A stretch of DNA of 54,233 nt, counting the filler, from Sphacelaria rigidula (Eukaryota), in assembly GCA_964200075.2 (NCBI GenBank). It is 4 parts of 4 records of this genome, joined end to end, with 100 filler letters (N's around TTAATTAATTAA, not from the genome) between each part and the next. Parts side by side here need not be neighbours in the genome. Positions count along the whole stretch, not along the records: positions 27,171 to 40,652 come from CAXNAA020002854.1; positions 40,753 to 54,233 come from CAXNAA020002855.1; 2 more parts are not named here. One strand, 5' to 3'. The translations under genes were made by a program, and so were the position numbers. A model generated the notes under the pieces. That model saw only the letters and a list, made by a program, of their open reading frames with translations, was not told the origin of the DNA and did not search any database. This document shows, in pieces, positions 35,408 through 48,890 of this stretch (positions within the stretch are counted from its first letter, which is position 1; every line of letters begins with the position of its first letter).

Positions 35408-38043
35408 CAGGGATATTCACGTTACACGTGCCATAGCGTTACACGTTACGTTCACGTTACCTTTTGGTCGAAACGTCACGTGAACGTTAGTTTTTTGACG
35501 TGATGAGCGTAACGTGAACGTAACGTTAAATTTTCAAATGAAGCGTTAACGTAACGTTGATTTTTCTTCACGTGACATGCGGAACGTAAGGTGAACGTCA
35601 AACTGCCCGAATGTTCAAAACACGTAATATGAAACGTTTCGTGTAACATGTAACGTCTATTACACGTTACATGTGCAATATACACGTGCAATGAACGGTA
35701 TACGTCACACGTGACGTTACACGTTACACGTTACACGTTACACGTTACGTGTAACGTATAATGCACGTGTAACGTGTAGTAGACGTTACACGTTACATGA
35801 AACGTTTCATATTACGTTACATGAAGGGGTGGCACTTGAAGCTTGCGATGAATTTTAAAATCCTAGAAGATTGTGCTTCACAGTGTTATTCCTTTTCAAT
35901 GTTATGGAGGCGGTGTATGACGGTGAGGTGTACGTTTTACTAGTTGAAGTCATGATCCGCAGTCTCAATTCTTTCGAGCGGAGACAGGAGGTCATCATGG
36001 GAAGAGGGTTTGGCACTGTTAACTTCAACGGCTCGCTTCACGGGCGATGTCGCACATGGGAGAAAGCTGCATGGCGCATAAGATTCGTTACAGCACATGT
36101 CGCAAGCGGTTTTTGCTGAAAACATTTCTGTATCCGCTAGAACAGGGCGAGTTGGTGCAGGGTTCTCTAGATACGGGTCCCACTCTGTGTGCATCGCTCG
36201 TGAAACACACATCCTTGTCTGTTGCACATGAAATATGCTGTTTGCCATATGTTCGACACTGCGTACCAACCGCGGCGTTACGTCTTCGGTGGTACTATCT
36301 GCTCACTGCACAGGGTACAGGGTGACAAAGCACACCACAGAACGTCACATCCTTAGCCTATCCCTGTGCTGCATTGATTTCTCGCTGTCCTATGCAGTTC
36401 GCCACATCATGCACGCAACCGCTTGTATCTGCGGTCAAGGTGCACGCGGGATATCACCCTTCGCTATGCCCAAGCTATGCCCTATATCGCGACGACACAT
36501 TTTGTAAAGCTCCCCGTGTTGCAGCTACAGCGTGCGTTTGCCCCAGGTTGCACACGCAGGAGTGAAAGGCCGCCTCTGCTGCTGTTATGGCTGCCTGTAT
36601 CTTGGGCGAAGCTGTACGAGTATGATATCACAGCCGCTATGGCGCGAAAGCCGCCTGTAGCATTTCATACCCTGGAGATTCTGACACACTGTTGTCTCGA
36701 AGTGTAGCGTTGCAGTCACCGACTAAAGGTACTACTGTACGAGAATTACACAAATTATAGTTGGCACTACATTTTATACTGTGCGCAGTACACTTTTGTC
36801 ACCGTGTTCGTACTGACTGTAAAATCTTCGTCCAGGGTCTGGGACATTTCAACATATAATGCGGGATCTGATAATTCTTCACATATAATCTGGTGCGGTG
36901 AGATGGTGGAAAAAACCACTACATCTGGGCGAACTGCGGATAAGGCACTTGCCAAAATATTCACCTGTGAACTCTGCAGCAGTGCGCTGTAAGTTGATAT
37001 CAGTAGAAGGACACTACCATAACTATCTTGGCAGAACTGTCTTGTTTGTCCATTCAAACATGTATATGTGTGTTGTGTTTGTCGTCCCATCTATTCTGGA
37101 CGCCGGTCCACACCTTTCGGTATAGGTAGGCGCGCCAGCTGGGGTCACACAGGAGGAAGGTCAACACCGGAGTTTTTTTTTTGTTTGTTTTTAGTATTCC
37201 ACCTTCCCTCTACAGTGCTTGGCTTTATTTTTTATCGCGAGGGGGGTTCAGCACTCCCTATTTGCCTCGTCGACCGTTGAGTCGAATTTTGTGTACCCAC
37301 GACATAGTCGCCCTTTACTGTTGGGCATGGTGTGAGGAGAAATCCCGGGTCGCTCCGAGATTTGAACCCACGACCCAACCGTGAGAAGGTTCCGAGATTA
37401 CCAACTGAGCGACCGGATATATACATATATAGAAACAAGGGTAGCCGATAAAGTTCTGTCTGCGAAATGCCAGGATGACGCAAGCCGGCGTCCAATCATG
37501 TTCACGAACTGTTGTGTGTACAGTATGTGCTGTCGTGCGAATGATCGAGCATTCGAAAATTGAAAATTGAAGGTCGGCAACAATGAGATGAAACGAAAAG
37601 AGGAGAGATGAAAATAATACGGTCAAAAACGAATGAACGATACATGGTAGAGAAAGTAATGTTACACAATCAGATGATGCGCCTACGGTCAAACATACGA
37701 CGGGCCACGGTCAGCGTCACGTAGACGATGACGTCACGCGTTATACGACACGCTACAACGCCTGGAACACTGGTGAATGAGCCGCGATATGCTCAGAATG
37801 AAACGTTACATTTGAACGTAACACGTGTGAACGTAACGTTATACTAAACGTTACACGTTACATGAAACGTTTCATATTACGTTATGTAACGTAACGTAAC
37901 GTAATTTGTTTTTTACGTGATGAACGTAACGTGAACGTAAGGTTGCATTTTTTTACGTAACATACGTCACGTACCGTAAACGTTATATTTTTTTTACGTG
38001 ATGAACGTAACGTGAAAGTAAACGTGTAACGTGTATATCCCTG
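35408..38043. mobile_element. Non-autonomous hAT element (2636 bp) in the transporter's last intron
   Basis: TIR CAGGGATAT(T/A)CACGTTACACGT (21/22); TSD GTGTTTTT / GTATTTTT (7/8); dense ACGTTAC subterminal repeats. Confidence 0.88.
37065..37416 (-). mobile_element. tRNA-derived SINE, copy 3, nested in the hAT element
   Basis: Aligns with the other copies; short deletion in the tRNA head. Confidence 0.85.
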
Positions 38044-38617
38044 GTATTTTTGGCGCGACGTTCTACCGTAAAATATCAAGTCAAAGAAAAAAGTCCGCGC
38101 TGGGTGATATATTGACAAAAATTGACGAACTGGCGCGTCGGGGGTCAAACGTTCGTACCAAATGTCCTCTAAACCGTATGTGATGTCGGGTGACGCAGTA
38201 TAACTAAAAAGAAGCCATCGATTGGTACAAAGAACGCTGACGATCAGGGATCATTGATTGGAGTTCCTCTCACGTGTTTCTATCTGCACAAGCCTCCATA
38301 TGATTTTACCCAAGACAGTGTATGCATCGGCATCGCTTCTCGGGGAGCTTTTTGAGTTCTTGATGATACCGTCCAAAAAACAGCGGCAACGACCAATCGT
38401 CGAAGATGTACGATTCTCGTTGAAAAGCTCCAGGCCATTGAACGTTTCACAACCCATGGTCACTATATATCTGGCACCCGCCTACCGAGTAAACGTGATG
38501 TTGATCAATTAGCACCTGGAATAAATCCCCAGTGTATTTCATGGGTAGATAAACTCGTGTTTTGCTGTTTCGCCAATGCTCGCGCCCTGCTGTCCCATTT
38601 GTGTTGTACGCGCATAG

Positions 38618-38791
38618 GTCGTCGGTGCTACAGGGTCGACAACCATCGCGTTCATTCTGCCCGGCCTGCTGTACCTCAAAGTGCACCCAGAACCCCACGC
38701 CAAGAGAAGTCTCGCGGCGATGCAGTTGATGGCCGGGCTGCTTTTCATGCCCGTAGCTCTCACATCTATCGCGCTGGGGGGTGGTGAATGA
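38618..38791 (+). CDS. Amino-acid transporter (AAAP/Aa_trans, AVT-like) terminal exon
   Basis: gcatag acceptor, phase 0; VVGATGSTTIAFILPGLLYLKV matches the VGATGST.I.FILPG motif of yeast Avt5/6/7-type transporters; final TM helix and TGA. Confidence 0.9.
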   Translation, partial: VVGATGSTTIAFILPGLLYLKVHPEPHAKRSLAAMQLMAGLLFMPVALTSIALGGGE

Positions 38792-39477
38792 GCAACCCAG
38801 GGCGTGAATAATGACGTTTTCGTGTGTGTCATGTACTAGACCGAAATGCAAGATTGCATGTAGAAAAAAAAGGATCACATATTCCGGGCCCCGGGTTGAG
38901 CAGTCGATCAGTCCGGCGATCACACGATAACAGTGGTTCACAGTCATGGAATATGCCCTTTGACGTGTGCAGATTTGTTTTTTTAGGGACGGTGGATGAA
39001 AATGTAGCATCATCGCGATAGTTCGCTTTTCATCTTCATTTTCATTTGTTTGTTTTGTCCGTGGAAGGTCGAATGGTTTACGTGCTGTGTCTGCCTTGTT
39101 ACATGTGCTGCTTGGTGCTTGATGCTTGGTGCCGTTTTCGAAGGGATAATTGTGCTTCAAAGTCGGAATTGTGAAGGAGCAGGGAAGAGCCTGCGACAGC
39201 GGTGGATGAGCAGGGTGATTGACAGATTTCGATGAGATAGTGCCAAGTGATATGGCTATGGGTAGTTTTTTCTAGCACCGTTGCTGTTGTAAAAACAATC
39301 TCGGTCAAAGAATCGCCCGAGTGTGGCAGTAATCATGTGGTATTGGAAACGGCGCTTGTCTTCGTATGTATCGATTGTTTGAGTAGCGTTCACTTCAAGG
39401 AAGCATACACGCTCCCCCCGGCGAACACGTTCAACATACTTCCTCTGTCCCATAAGTAAAGGTGCCTAAATTCGTAC

Positions 39478-39941
39478 GGGCTCTTAGCGATGTCCGATCG
39501 TTTTTTTTTTTTTTTATGAACTATACGGTGTTTTTTTGCGTCAAGAAAATGTGTTACGGATCTGGAGCTCGTGCTTGAACCATGCCGCCGACCGGCTGCA
39601 AAAAAGTAGTCGGCCCAAAAATGGCCGTTTTTTGCCCCTTTCAGAGTGGAAAAAGGTGTCGATTTTTTGTTTTTCTGATTTATTTTAAATCGTGTGGAAC
39701 TTCCTGGCAGAAAGCCCGAGTGAAGGCGGGGGCGACTAAAAAAATATTATTTCTTGTTTTCCGACACTTTTTTACCCCTCGGAAAGGGGCAGAAAATGGC
39801 CATTTTTGGGCCGACTACTTTTTTTGCAGTTGTTCGGCGGCATGGTTCAAGCACGAGCTGCAGATCCGTAACCCATTTTCTCAACCCAAAAGACACCGTA
39901 GAGTTCATAAAACAAAACAAAACGGATATCGTTAAGGGCCC
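39478..39941. mobile_element. Palindromic MITE with ~200-bp inverted arms
   Basis: GGGCTCTTAGCGATGTCCG / CGGATATCGTTAAGGGCCC termini; TTACGGATCTG.AGCTCGTGCTTGAACCATGCCGCCGA...AGTAGTCGGCCCAAAAATGGCC mirrored. Confidence 0.85.
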
Positions 39942-40029
39942 TGTGACGATTTACAGGCAACCGATTAGACTACCATATAGTCAGCACTGACTGTAAGGTA
40001 GTCTAATCGGTTGCCTATAAATCGTCACA
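39942..40029. repeat. Near-perfect 88-nt hairpin
   Basis: 33-bp arms with 1 mismatch plus a further ~10 bp of imperfect stem and a tiny loop. Confidence 0.9.
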
Positions 40030-40652
40030 AAAAGTTGTTCTATTTCCGTCAGACGCACTTTTCCGAGTTTCCAATTGGTTGTTGTCTCAGGCTATTCCAG
40101 ATCCGGTATTGGGTTTCTGTGACAGAAAAACGAGCAGAACTTTTCAAGAACTTAGAAAAAGACAAAACGTTTCAAGAACCACTCAAAACATGACCCTATT
40201 TTCTGGAGTACAGGGTGGTACGCTCAGCACAAGACAACTCTGCAGTGGTATATGAAGCGCAGAGTACTACACTGAACACCAGACAACACGGCAGTTCTGC
40301 AGTGTTTCTTAGTTTTAGAACCTGGAGACGGACTGTATACAGTATGACACCGTCACTACTGTAGTCTCTGTGCTTGCAGAGTACAGACTGTTTCTCGGAC
40401 AGGGGAGGTGGTGCCCGGACAGGGGAGGTGGACAGCACGCTATAACTAGTCAATAGATACACTGCAGTAGCTGGGTATGCTTTGTTATTTTTTGTTGGTG
40501 AAAACTTGCACGTCTTCTCTCATGATGGGCATCAGCGACAGAACTGCGTGGTACGGTGGGCAACCGAGTTGCGTGCACGCTCATGGATAGTGCAGTCTGT
40601 ACAAAGCTGCACGTTGCTGAAGTCCTCTTCACGTCGCATTGTAAGCAGGGAG

Positions 40653-40752
40653 NNNNNNNNNNNNNNNNNNNNNNNNNNNNNNNNNNNNNNNNNNNNTTAA
40701 TTAATTAANNNNNNNNNNNNNNNNNNNNNNNNNNNNNNNNNNNNNNNNNNNN
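40653..40752. other. Artificial contig-joining spacer
   Basis: Same N44-TTAATTAATTAA-N44 structure. Confidence 0.98.
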
Positions 40753-42850
40753 CCCTGCAAAAGAGAAATGCCACTTCAACCCCATATTTATGATGAACCC
40801 CATTTTCTAGGATTCACTGTTCATTGGTGAAAGACTCATTTCAGTCCCGAACTGCCCCTTCACAAGGCCCGATATGCTTTCTGTAGTAGCTTGCCACTGA
40901 GGCCCTTGATATCCCTGAGTAGGATGTCGACGTGTAGCCGTAAGCACACGCCAATGATTGAGGCGAAGAAAAGCACACACGGAATGAGACATTGGCCAAG
41001 TTAAAGCATATGATCAAAGCCACTCTCAATCAGCGCTCTTTTTCAATGTCACGAAAACCTTGTTAAATGTAGTATTGACATGGCGATACCACTTTTTGGA
41101 TGTTGAACTTCAGTCGACCGCAACCAAGACAGAAATTCGGGAGGAGCCCAGTCCACCGGCGTCCCAACGAAATATTTCTCCTCCTGAGAAACGAATACAA
41201 ATTACACCTAAGGGCTGCGCACCCACGAACGAAGTAGTCGCAGTTTGCTATTATTTAATTTAGGCCTAGTCACCTCCGAAGGCTGCCTGATTACACCTTG
41301 TCCTGTTTGTTCTCACGAACACAGGCTCGAGTCGTATGCGGCTGATTGCAGTGCACAGCTGTGGAGCAACAAATCAGCCCAAATCCAAACTACAGTAAGC
41401 AGTTCAGTCCAGGTGTTCACGGAGATGAATTATCCTCTTGTAGTTTACCATTCAAAGCAGAGCCAATAATTCCTGGCAAGGGTTAGGGTTAAGGTGAGGG
41501 TTAGAGGAACTGCGGCTTCCCCGTCCCCCCGCCAGGCATGAAAGAAGGACGACAGAGCTTTGGGAGTGCATGTAACGGCCACGGGGGAACACAGAGTTAC
41601 TCGTGTATGGAAATCCCCGTTTTCCTACCTGCCAACAGTTTGATGCCCGTTGTTTCCTAATAAGAACGTTCAACGACCGATTTGTGTTCCGTACTGTACT
41701 GATTGGCGGATGCCAATGCCAGCAAAGGTTGGTAGTGCTGTTTGACAGTATCTTCGAACGTGTGAACGGACCCAAAGCGGACACTTTCCCTCGGGTAAGA
41801 AGAGTCATTTCAATCATGTGGACGTACTTTAGAAAACCGAACTGTTTTGTATCTATAGCTGTTCCGAGTTTGGGTACATAACAACATTTTGTTACCGTGT
41901 GTGACCCGCCCTCTGCAGACAATCTGCGGGCAGGAGTCAGTAGAGTAGAGCAACGGAAGCTCTAGATTGCAGCTGACGCACCCCTTCGCATCACGCTAGC
42001 AACACTTAGGTCACCACCATAGGTATCGTTTTTCACTCCGCATGTCAAAAAGGTCTCCACAAGTCTTTGACCTCTTTCACATACACACATCTCAACTGGC
42101 CTGTGGCAGACTCTTGCGGTCGGGCGCCATGATGGTCAGATATGCCAGGGTAAAATCAACGATGAATGACACCCCCCAAGTTCAAATTGGATCATCTGTT
42201 ATGTTTGCCGCAGCGCACCGTCGTTGCTGGCATGTGTGTGACAGAGAACAGTAGTAGCGGTGACGGGAACATTGCCCTGCTTTTCAGCTCACAGAGGTGC
42301 GTCCTGTCCGAAAAAAGAGGCAGAAAGAAATCGACCTTCGCATTAGTGACCTGCACAGACAAAGAGACGAAATCTCTCCGCAGCTCGATGTTCTTTGGGG
42401 ATACCTACCGGCACATGATGAATTCGGTACGTGCTGGTAACATGCATGATATCAGTGTCTCGAACGATTGGTAATTGCCCAGCGAGGGCACACAAAGGAC
42501 ACGGGCGAGGAGCTTCCTCTCTGTCGTTGCTCCTCTCTCAGGCGATATCGTCATCGACACGAGTGTACACCGCAGTCGTTCGGTGCATTTAGCCACAACA
42601 TATGATTCACAGTTGCAGAGTTTTGGAGGGAAAGATGATTTCGCTCTGTGTTACTGTTTCGCGTCATCCCTTCAAAAAAGATATGCCACTTGAATCTCAT
42701 TTTTGAGATGGACCCCATTTTTCAGGATCCGCTGTTACATGCTATGGCCTGACTGTCTGAGGAGCACATATCTACCAGAAACAACCAATCTGTACATACA
42801 AGAGCAGGTGGGTTGCCTGCCTGCCAAGCTTGTGCGATGAGTTGAAGGGC

Positions 42851-43239
42851 TGTTGGTAACGTTTCGTCTCTCTTTGTGTGGCTTGTAGTGTTTGTAGCTT
42901 CGTGACCCCGTGAGAGGATGGGGTGCAGACTCGACTGAGACAGCCGATCGGTGGACACGACTGTGATCGTCGATCAATGGACACGGCTGACTGCCGATCA
43001 GTATGTGGTGAAATGTATATAAAAGCGTTGTTGGGTGAAGAGGGAAGGAAGGGAGAGTGACCGCTGTAGGGGCCAAGATCTCAAGACGGCAAGCATATGC
43101 ACTTATGTATGCCCAGTCACCACCACCACAGTACAAAGTCATCCCGCGTAGTACCCGGAACTCAAATAGGTATGTCACTAGACTACTGTACTTTATCCTG
43201 ACAAGGTGGATTCTACTGACTACCCCGGCCATTCCACGA
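42851..43239 (-). repeat. 3' LTR
   Basis: Matches 47057-47409 and extends to a ...TTACCAACA end on the minus strand. Confidence 0.75.
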
Positions 43240-46199
43240 ATACCGCCCCATGAACGGGGTGTCAACGGCCAGATTTATATACCATACCCAGTGAGGAGAG
43301 CTATCCACCATAGAAGAAACGCTTTCCGCTCACGGCGCATTTACCAGGTGTATCTTTTCATGGAATGAGTTGCATCAGCAACTGCAAAAACATTCGAATA
43401 TTCCGAAACTCTGTCACTTGTTCCAACAACTATAGGACCAGCCAAGAACCAATACCTCGGTATCTTTCTTTCCGTACCAACACAAAAAGTAGGCATGCAT
43501 GAGCTGTGTGTTCACCACACTGAAGCTTCTGATGGTCTATCCAAGCAAAACGCTGGTCAAGTTCTGCAAGTGTACTAGCCCTGTGATGGTAAATGAGTGT
43601 CTGAATTGAAACTGGTTTCTTGTGGATATGCAGATGGTCCCTAGAAACGACCAGCGGGTATGGAAGGGTTCTAGTCGACTGTGTGTTTGTATAAGGCAGG
43701 ATTCGATCCTTGTACTGTTGCCGCAGCGGGTTGAAGGCAAAAGGATTGTACCCGATTAGCCGCGTGTACCTGCTGCTACTACAGCTTTGATTGGCTTGAG
43801 GTACAGTGCGTCATGCTGATTTGTATATGACAAGATCATATGCGTAGCTGTGAGCCTTGAGGGTAATCGTGAGCACCATCGCCCACGCAGCCACTTGCAA
43901 CCCACCGTCAGAAACAGCTACCGTAGAACTGATCACAAGAAGGACCATCAGCTTTCATCTGTTCTGCGCGACGTCTCCCCTTCTGCCGGCAAGCTGTGAC
44001 GAGCTATAACACGAGTGAGTCACAAGTCATATAACCCCTTGATATCACAGTGGTGTTTCCTTTTTAGAAAGAGCTCAGTGCGTACTTTCTGCCGCAGCTG
44101 TCGGCTGTTGACGAGTGCCTTTGTGTGAGAAAATCATATAGTTTGAGTATAACAAGTCAATCCAGGACCGCGACAGACACCCCACAAGGGTGTGACTTGC
44201 TTGCGTTCGGTGTATACGGCATTACTGCTTGCGGTAGTTGCTTATACTTTCACAGCCCATGCTCCTTACAAGAGCGTGGGTGATTCGTACTTGACATTTG
44301 AGTTACCTGCACTACGCATGCGAGACCAAGCTCCTAGATAATATATGAACCCACCCAGTACAGGAGACAATTTCTGAAAATCGGATCACATGTTCCAAAA
44401 TTCGCTACACAGTCAGTCAGTTGCTTACAGTACAAGAACCAATTTTCAAAATTCAAATTCAGTAATCCATACTACAGTAGTTTCTACATTACTAGCCAAA
44501 CTAGACACTCACTAGTTCATCCGCTTGATCCCTTATTCCCCCTCGGCGACCGGCGGAGCACAGCAGCTCGACGCCTCCAGACAAAACACACGATCAGCAT
44601 CAGCCCCTCCCTCAATTCTTGCTATCAATGCTTCCCCCCCACTTATAGGCCACGGGGAAGGAGTAGTGCATTAATTATAAACGTTTCCCCATAGCGGGGA
44701 GGTTTGCAGCGAGGGGGTTGATCTTGATCCTGGTCGGTCACCATCCTCCAAAAACATTAATTTCGTGCATGTCTCGGTCGTACAGACAGCACCTTCGTCG
44801 GACAAAATGGTTTTTGGAGGCTCAGCGTCTCACACATCGTGCAGACGCGAGGGGGATGGGCAGTGGGACGACAGAATGGATTGCTATTAATCTCCATGTT
44901 ACTCGGGCGAGTCAATCACCAATGATTCTACGTCAGTTACCACGTACTGCACTGTGGTGTCACATCACGGCACCCACGAGCGCACACCCGCATATCATAC
45001 CCGAATTCAGCACAATCATCATGTCAACTCGATCTGCAATTCTTGTGCTCGTACCGTGGCTGTTTCACTTCTTGTTCACATATCACACATAGATCAAACA
45101 ATAACTCGGCCGCTAGAATCCTGGGTGCATAAAGCAGTACACTCTTACTTTTACATGCCGTACCAACATGTATACATCCCATATGAATTTCGCCTGGCCA
45201 GCAATTTCGAGCAACGACCAGCTCCCATATGGGTGATATAATGCACTCGTCTTTTAGCATGCTGTGCACATGCGCCGCACCTCGCACATCATATCAGCTC
45301 CATCAGCCATCAAATATGGATTATGCGCGCTTTGCTCATCTGTAGCACAGGAATTACACTTGTGCCCACAATCAATCTTCCGAAGTTATCATCGCCAGGT
45401 CAAGCTACTAGTATTGCACTACTCAGTCCTTGCTCCTACCATAACAACAAAGTCTTGTGAACCGATCCAGTCAGAAACCGATGCCTCGCGAGTCCTGCCC
45501 CTCTCGGAATTATATATATTTTTTTCACTTTGACGCCGAGTTTCGGAACCCACCTCAAAACTGTGGTCTCAACCACCATTCATCCGCATACCCCTCTGCT
45601 GAAACGTTTTACCAACATCACCCTTTAGTCTAGTCAGACCATAGGGCCCCATGTGCCTGTACTCACCAAGGCGATGAACAAGGTTCTACCTCAACCAATT
45701 GAGTAAGGATGCGGTCCCCCGCAGTCCTGTGCTCATCGGAGTGGCAACAATGCTATACATAGGCGTAGGTGTGGCATCCATGTCAAACATGTCCTCAACA
45801 TCCTTCAGGCACCTTCATTCTGTGCAATTTCACCCACATCGTTCCACAGTCGAGTCAAGTCGCGGTGCCTCGTATATTTCACACTTACAAAAACGGAAGA
45901 CGATCTTCTATTAATCCATCGAGTCAAACAAGGACGCAAATAACGTCCGCACTCATTTGAGACAGAAATATTCGTCAAACATCAACACTGAGTTTCGGTC
46001 TCCATATCAAAATATGGTCTCAGCATCGTCCAGAGATGTCCAACATCTCGATCCACCTGGGCATCAACCTTTTCTTGGGTACATGAATCGTTGTCTGCAT
46101 GATGGTCACGAATACTCAAAACATAGAACATCAAAGGGGTATTTGAGTCATGCCATCATTTTTTTAAAGACTTCTCCGTCCGCTACTGAGCATACTGAA

Positions 46200-47011
46200 G
46201 AATCGCTATTACTCGACTACCCTATCGCCATCGCCGTATCTTCGTCTTCTCCTGTGGTACAATTTTGATACGAATGTCCCTTTTGTCCGCATCTCATGCA
46301 ATGTCGTTCCGAACAGTCACGCTCGAAGTGTGTTGTTTGCTTCCGGCGAATCCAACACCGTCTCTCCTTCACAGAACCATTTTCACGCCCGTCTGTTTTT
46401 GAATTCCCCGTACCTCCCGAGGTCCCTTGTAATTTGCTTTTCCGACTTCCCTTGCCACTACTTACGGGGGTTCTTGCCAGTTTCCTGTTTCATACACAAA
46501 TATTTCCCGTCTGTCACGTGAGGCGCTGATGAAAACTGTGGCACTGACTTATGTCGGGGAATCGTCATCACGGAACAACGGCAAAATTTCCTCCCTACCG
46601 TCAAACTCGTCATCGACTCGAAGATAGTTTTTCACGTCGACATAAGGGTGGGATGTCTGGGAATCCCCGTTTATACTTACATGGACTGATCCATCGCCCA
46701 CGGATCCTTGGAGAGGGCCATATTCAATCCCTTCTCCATGTGTCAACCGGATCCTTACTGTTCCGGCACCGGCGACGGTGTCCCTACCGTCGCCTGACTC
46801 TCCCTCCCCGTCCACTGCCGCTCCAGGGCCAGGGGACGATGTCCCGGGTACTAGTTGGGACATCATCATCCTCAGCACCACCAGCTGTGGTACCTCCCGT
46901 CATCGATCCTTGCAAGCTGGCGGCATTCCTCTTTACTTCTGATGAATCTGTCGGAGACGGCGTGTCTCTCATGACGGCCGGGTGTCTCTTCGTGGTGCTC
47001 CAGTCGGCCAT
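46200..47011 (-). pseudogene. Degenerate gag with tandem CCHC zinc knuckles (46259-46357)
   Basis: CWIRRKQTTHFERDC (second Cys lost) followed by intact CMRCGQKGHSYQNC; stops and frameshifts around. Confidence 0.75.
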
Positions 47012-47056
47012 CGTTCACCTCGGCCACAGAGCTCCAAAGTTGGGTAGGGTCTCTAG

Positions 47057-47409
47057 AGTGTTTGTAGCTTCGTGACCCCGTGAGAGGGTGGGGTGCAGAC
47101 TCGACTGAGATAGTCGATCGGTGGACACGACTGTGATAGTCGATCAATGGACACGGCTGACTGCCGATCAGTATGTGGTGAAATGTGTATAAAAGCTTTG
47201 TTGGGTGAAGAGGGAAGGAAAGGAGAGTGACCGCCGTAGGGGTCAAGATCTCAAGACGACAAGCACATGCACTCACGTATGTCCAGTCACCACCATCACA
47301 GTACAAAGTCATCCCGCGTAGTACCCGGAACTCAAACAGGTATGTCACTAGACTACTGTACTTTATCCTGACAAGGTGGATTCTACTGACTACCCCGGCC
47401 ATTCCACGA
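47057..47409 (-). repeat. 5' LTR, lacking its last ~36 bp and a PBS
   Basis: Direct repeat of 42887-43239. Confidence 0.75.
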
Positions 47410-48553
47410 TTATATAGCGCTGTGCGTGTGCGTGCCGTGACGTCTGCTGCGCGCGTATTATGGTGCGTCTTCTCTCTCGAGCGTGGTTGGTGTACAATAT
47501 TCAAAAATGTGTTCGTTGTTAGACCGGCGGGTCTGCTCAGACGTGCTGTGGAGCTGGTTGTACCGAACAGGCAGGTTTGTGAATCTGCCAGTATAGGCAG
47601 ATAGATACACGCCGGCCGAACACAGTCAAGCTACTACTGTACATTGCCGGACAAAGGGCACCTGCTGTGGGAGAAGGGGGTGTAATCAAATCTTTCCCGC
47701 CTAGCGTGAAAGCGAGGGAGCCACATCCTATCCAGATTGAACTTGCTATAAGGTGAGGTTAAAACGTTCTCGGGTAGCCTGGTTGATGACTTGGGCAATA
47801 AATACCTTGGAGTGGTGACCTCATGTTTTCCAATCTTGATTTCTTGAAAACCTGCGGTGGCCAGAGCGCTGAAACGTGGATCATACTAGAGGTATCATCA
47901 ATATCCTACGATATACTAGGTCGTTCACGTTTGCGGGATCTTGCTTCTCGAGAAGTGAAGGTTGAGAATTCTTCGACTCGGTGGAGGGTGTTATATCCCG
48001 TAATACGAAGCCACGGAGTGGGTTGAACCTGGGACGTTGAATGTCGTTGGCGAATGTCGTTGAAGCGTCATACAGGCAAGTGGCTGCTCACGAGAAGCAT
48101 GCTATACTCAGGGGTTACGCCATTGCTTCTGAAGTGACCCTGCTCTTTCCAAACTTCCGGCTGTACTGGCGAGTGACCGACCAATGACATTGCCAAGCCC
48201 GAATGGCCAATAACAAAGATATTGCTTCCCTGATGACGGCTTATTTGTTGGTGTCGGTCAATTTGATGTCTGAAATTGTTCGATACATGAGCATGCTGGA
48301 AACAATTGCTGTATCTATTTATGCCCTGTCCCTGGCATGTAGGTGCAATTGCAGATGGGAGTCCGGTACCAAGTTTTCAATCCTCGAAAGCAACACCACG
48401 AGATATCGGTGTTTGTACGCGCGAAAAAGTCATTCTCCATTCTTTCCTTCCGAGACGCAATCGCTCAAGGGGCCGTCAAAACAAAATGAAGGAGTGTTTA
48501 CCATTTGGTCGATGAAGAAATTTGTCGGAAAGATGTTTTTGGAATAACGCCAA

Positions 48554-48890
48554 CCGTAAGGGAGGGGACCTACAGCTTTGGGCGCTGATTTATGGTTGAT
48601 TTTTCGAACTGTAAAAATAACGCTCACCCTAACCCTAACCCCGACCCAAGGCGTACGAGACGCTCGGGCGAGGGGGGTGCGTAGGCTCCTAGGCATAGTG
48701 TGCGTTGACAGACCTCAAATCGACGCCGCAGGCGCCGACTTCGACAAAAACACATTCTGGACGAGCTGGGTCCACTGCTCACCTGCCCCAAACCATGAGT
48801 TTTCTCAGAACTTTCTCAAGTCTAAAATCAAGTAGTCATGCTGTCAACCAAAAATGTACGCCCACAGCTGTAGGTCTACTGCCCCAGGGG
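48554..48890. mobile_element. MITE with an internal CCCTAA telomere-like tract
   Basis: TIR core GACCTACAGCTTTGGGCG / CGCCCACAGCTGTAGGTC; homologous pieces at 14100-14310, 15171-15245 and ~49690-49740. Confidence 0.65.

Larger units (their letters stand above)
42851..47409 (-). mobile_element. Non-autonomous LTR retroelement relic (gag remnant, no recognisable pol)
   Basis: 353-bp direct repeats 42887-43239 and 47057-47409 (~16 mismatches); PPT-like GGGGCGG before the 3' repeat on the minus strand; gag zinc knuckles inside. Confidence 0.8.

Noticed and set aside
15538..38791. OTU gene, transporter and cNMP gene as a functional cluster
   Set aside because: They lie on different, probably unlinked contigs
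42735..43368. Duplicated ORFs shared with 46872-47604
   Set aside because: Chance frames within the two LTRs
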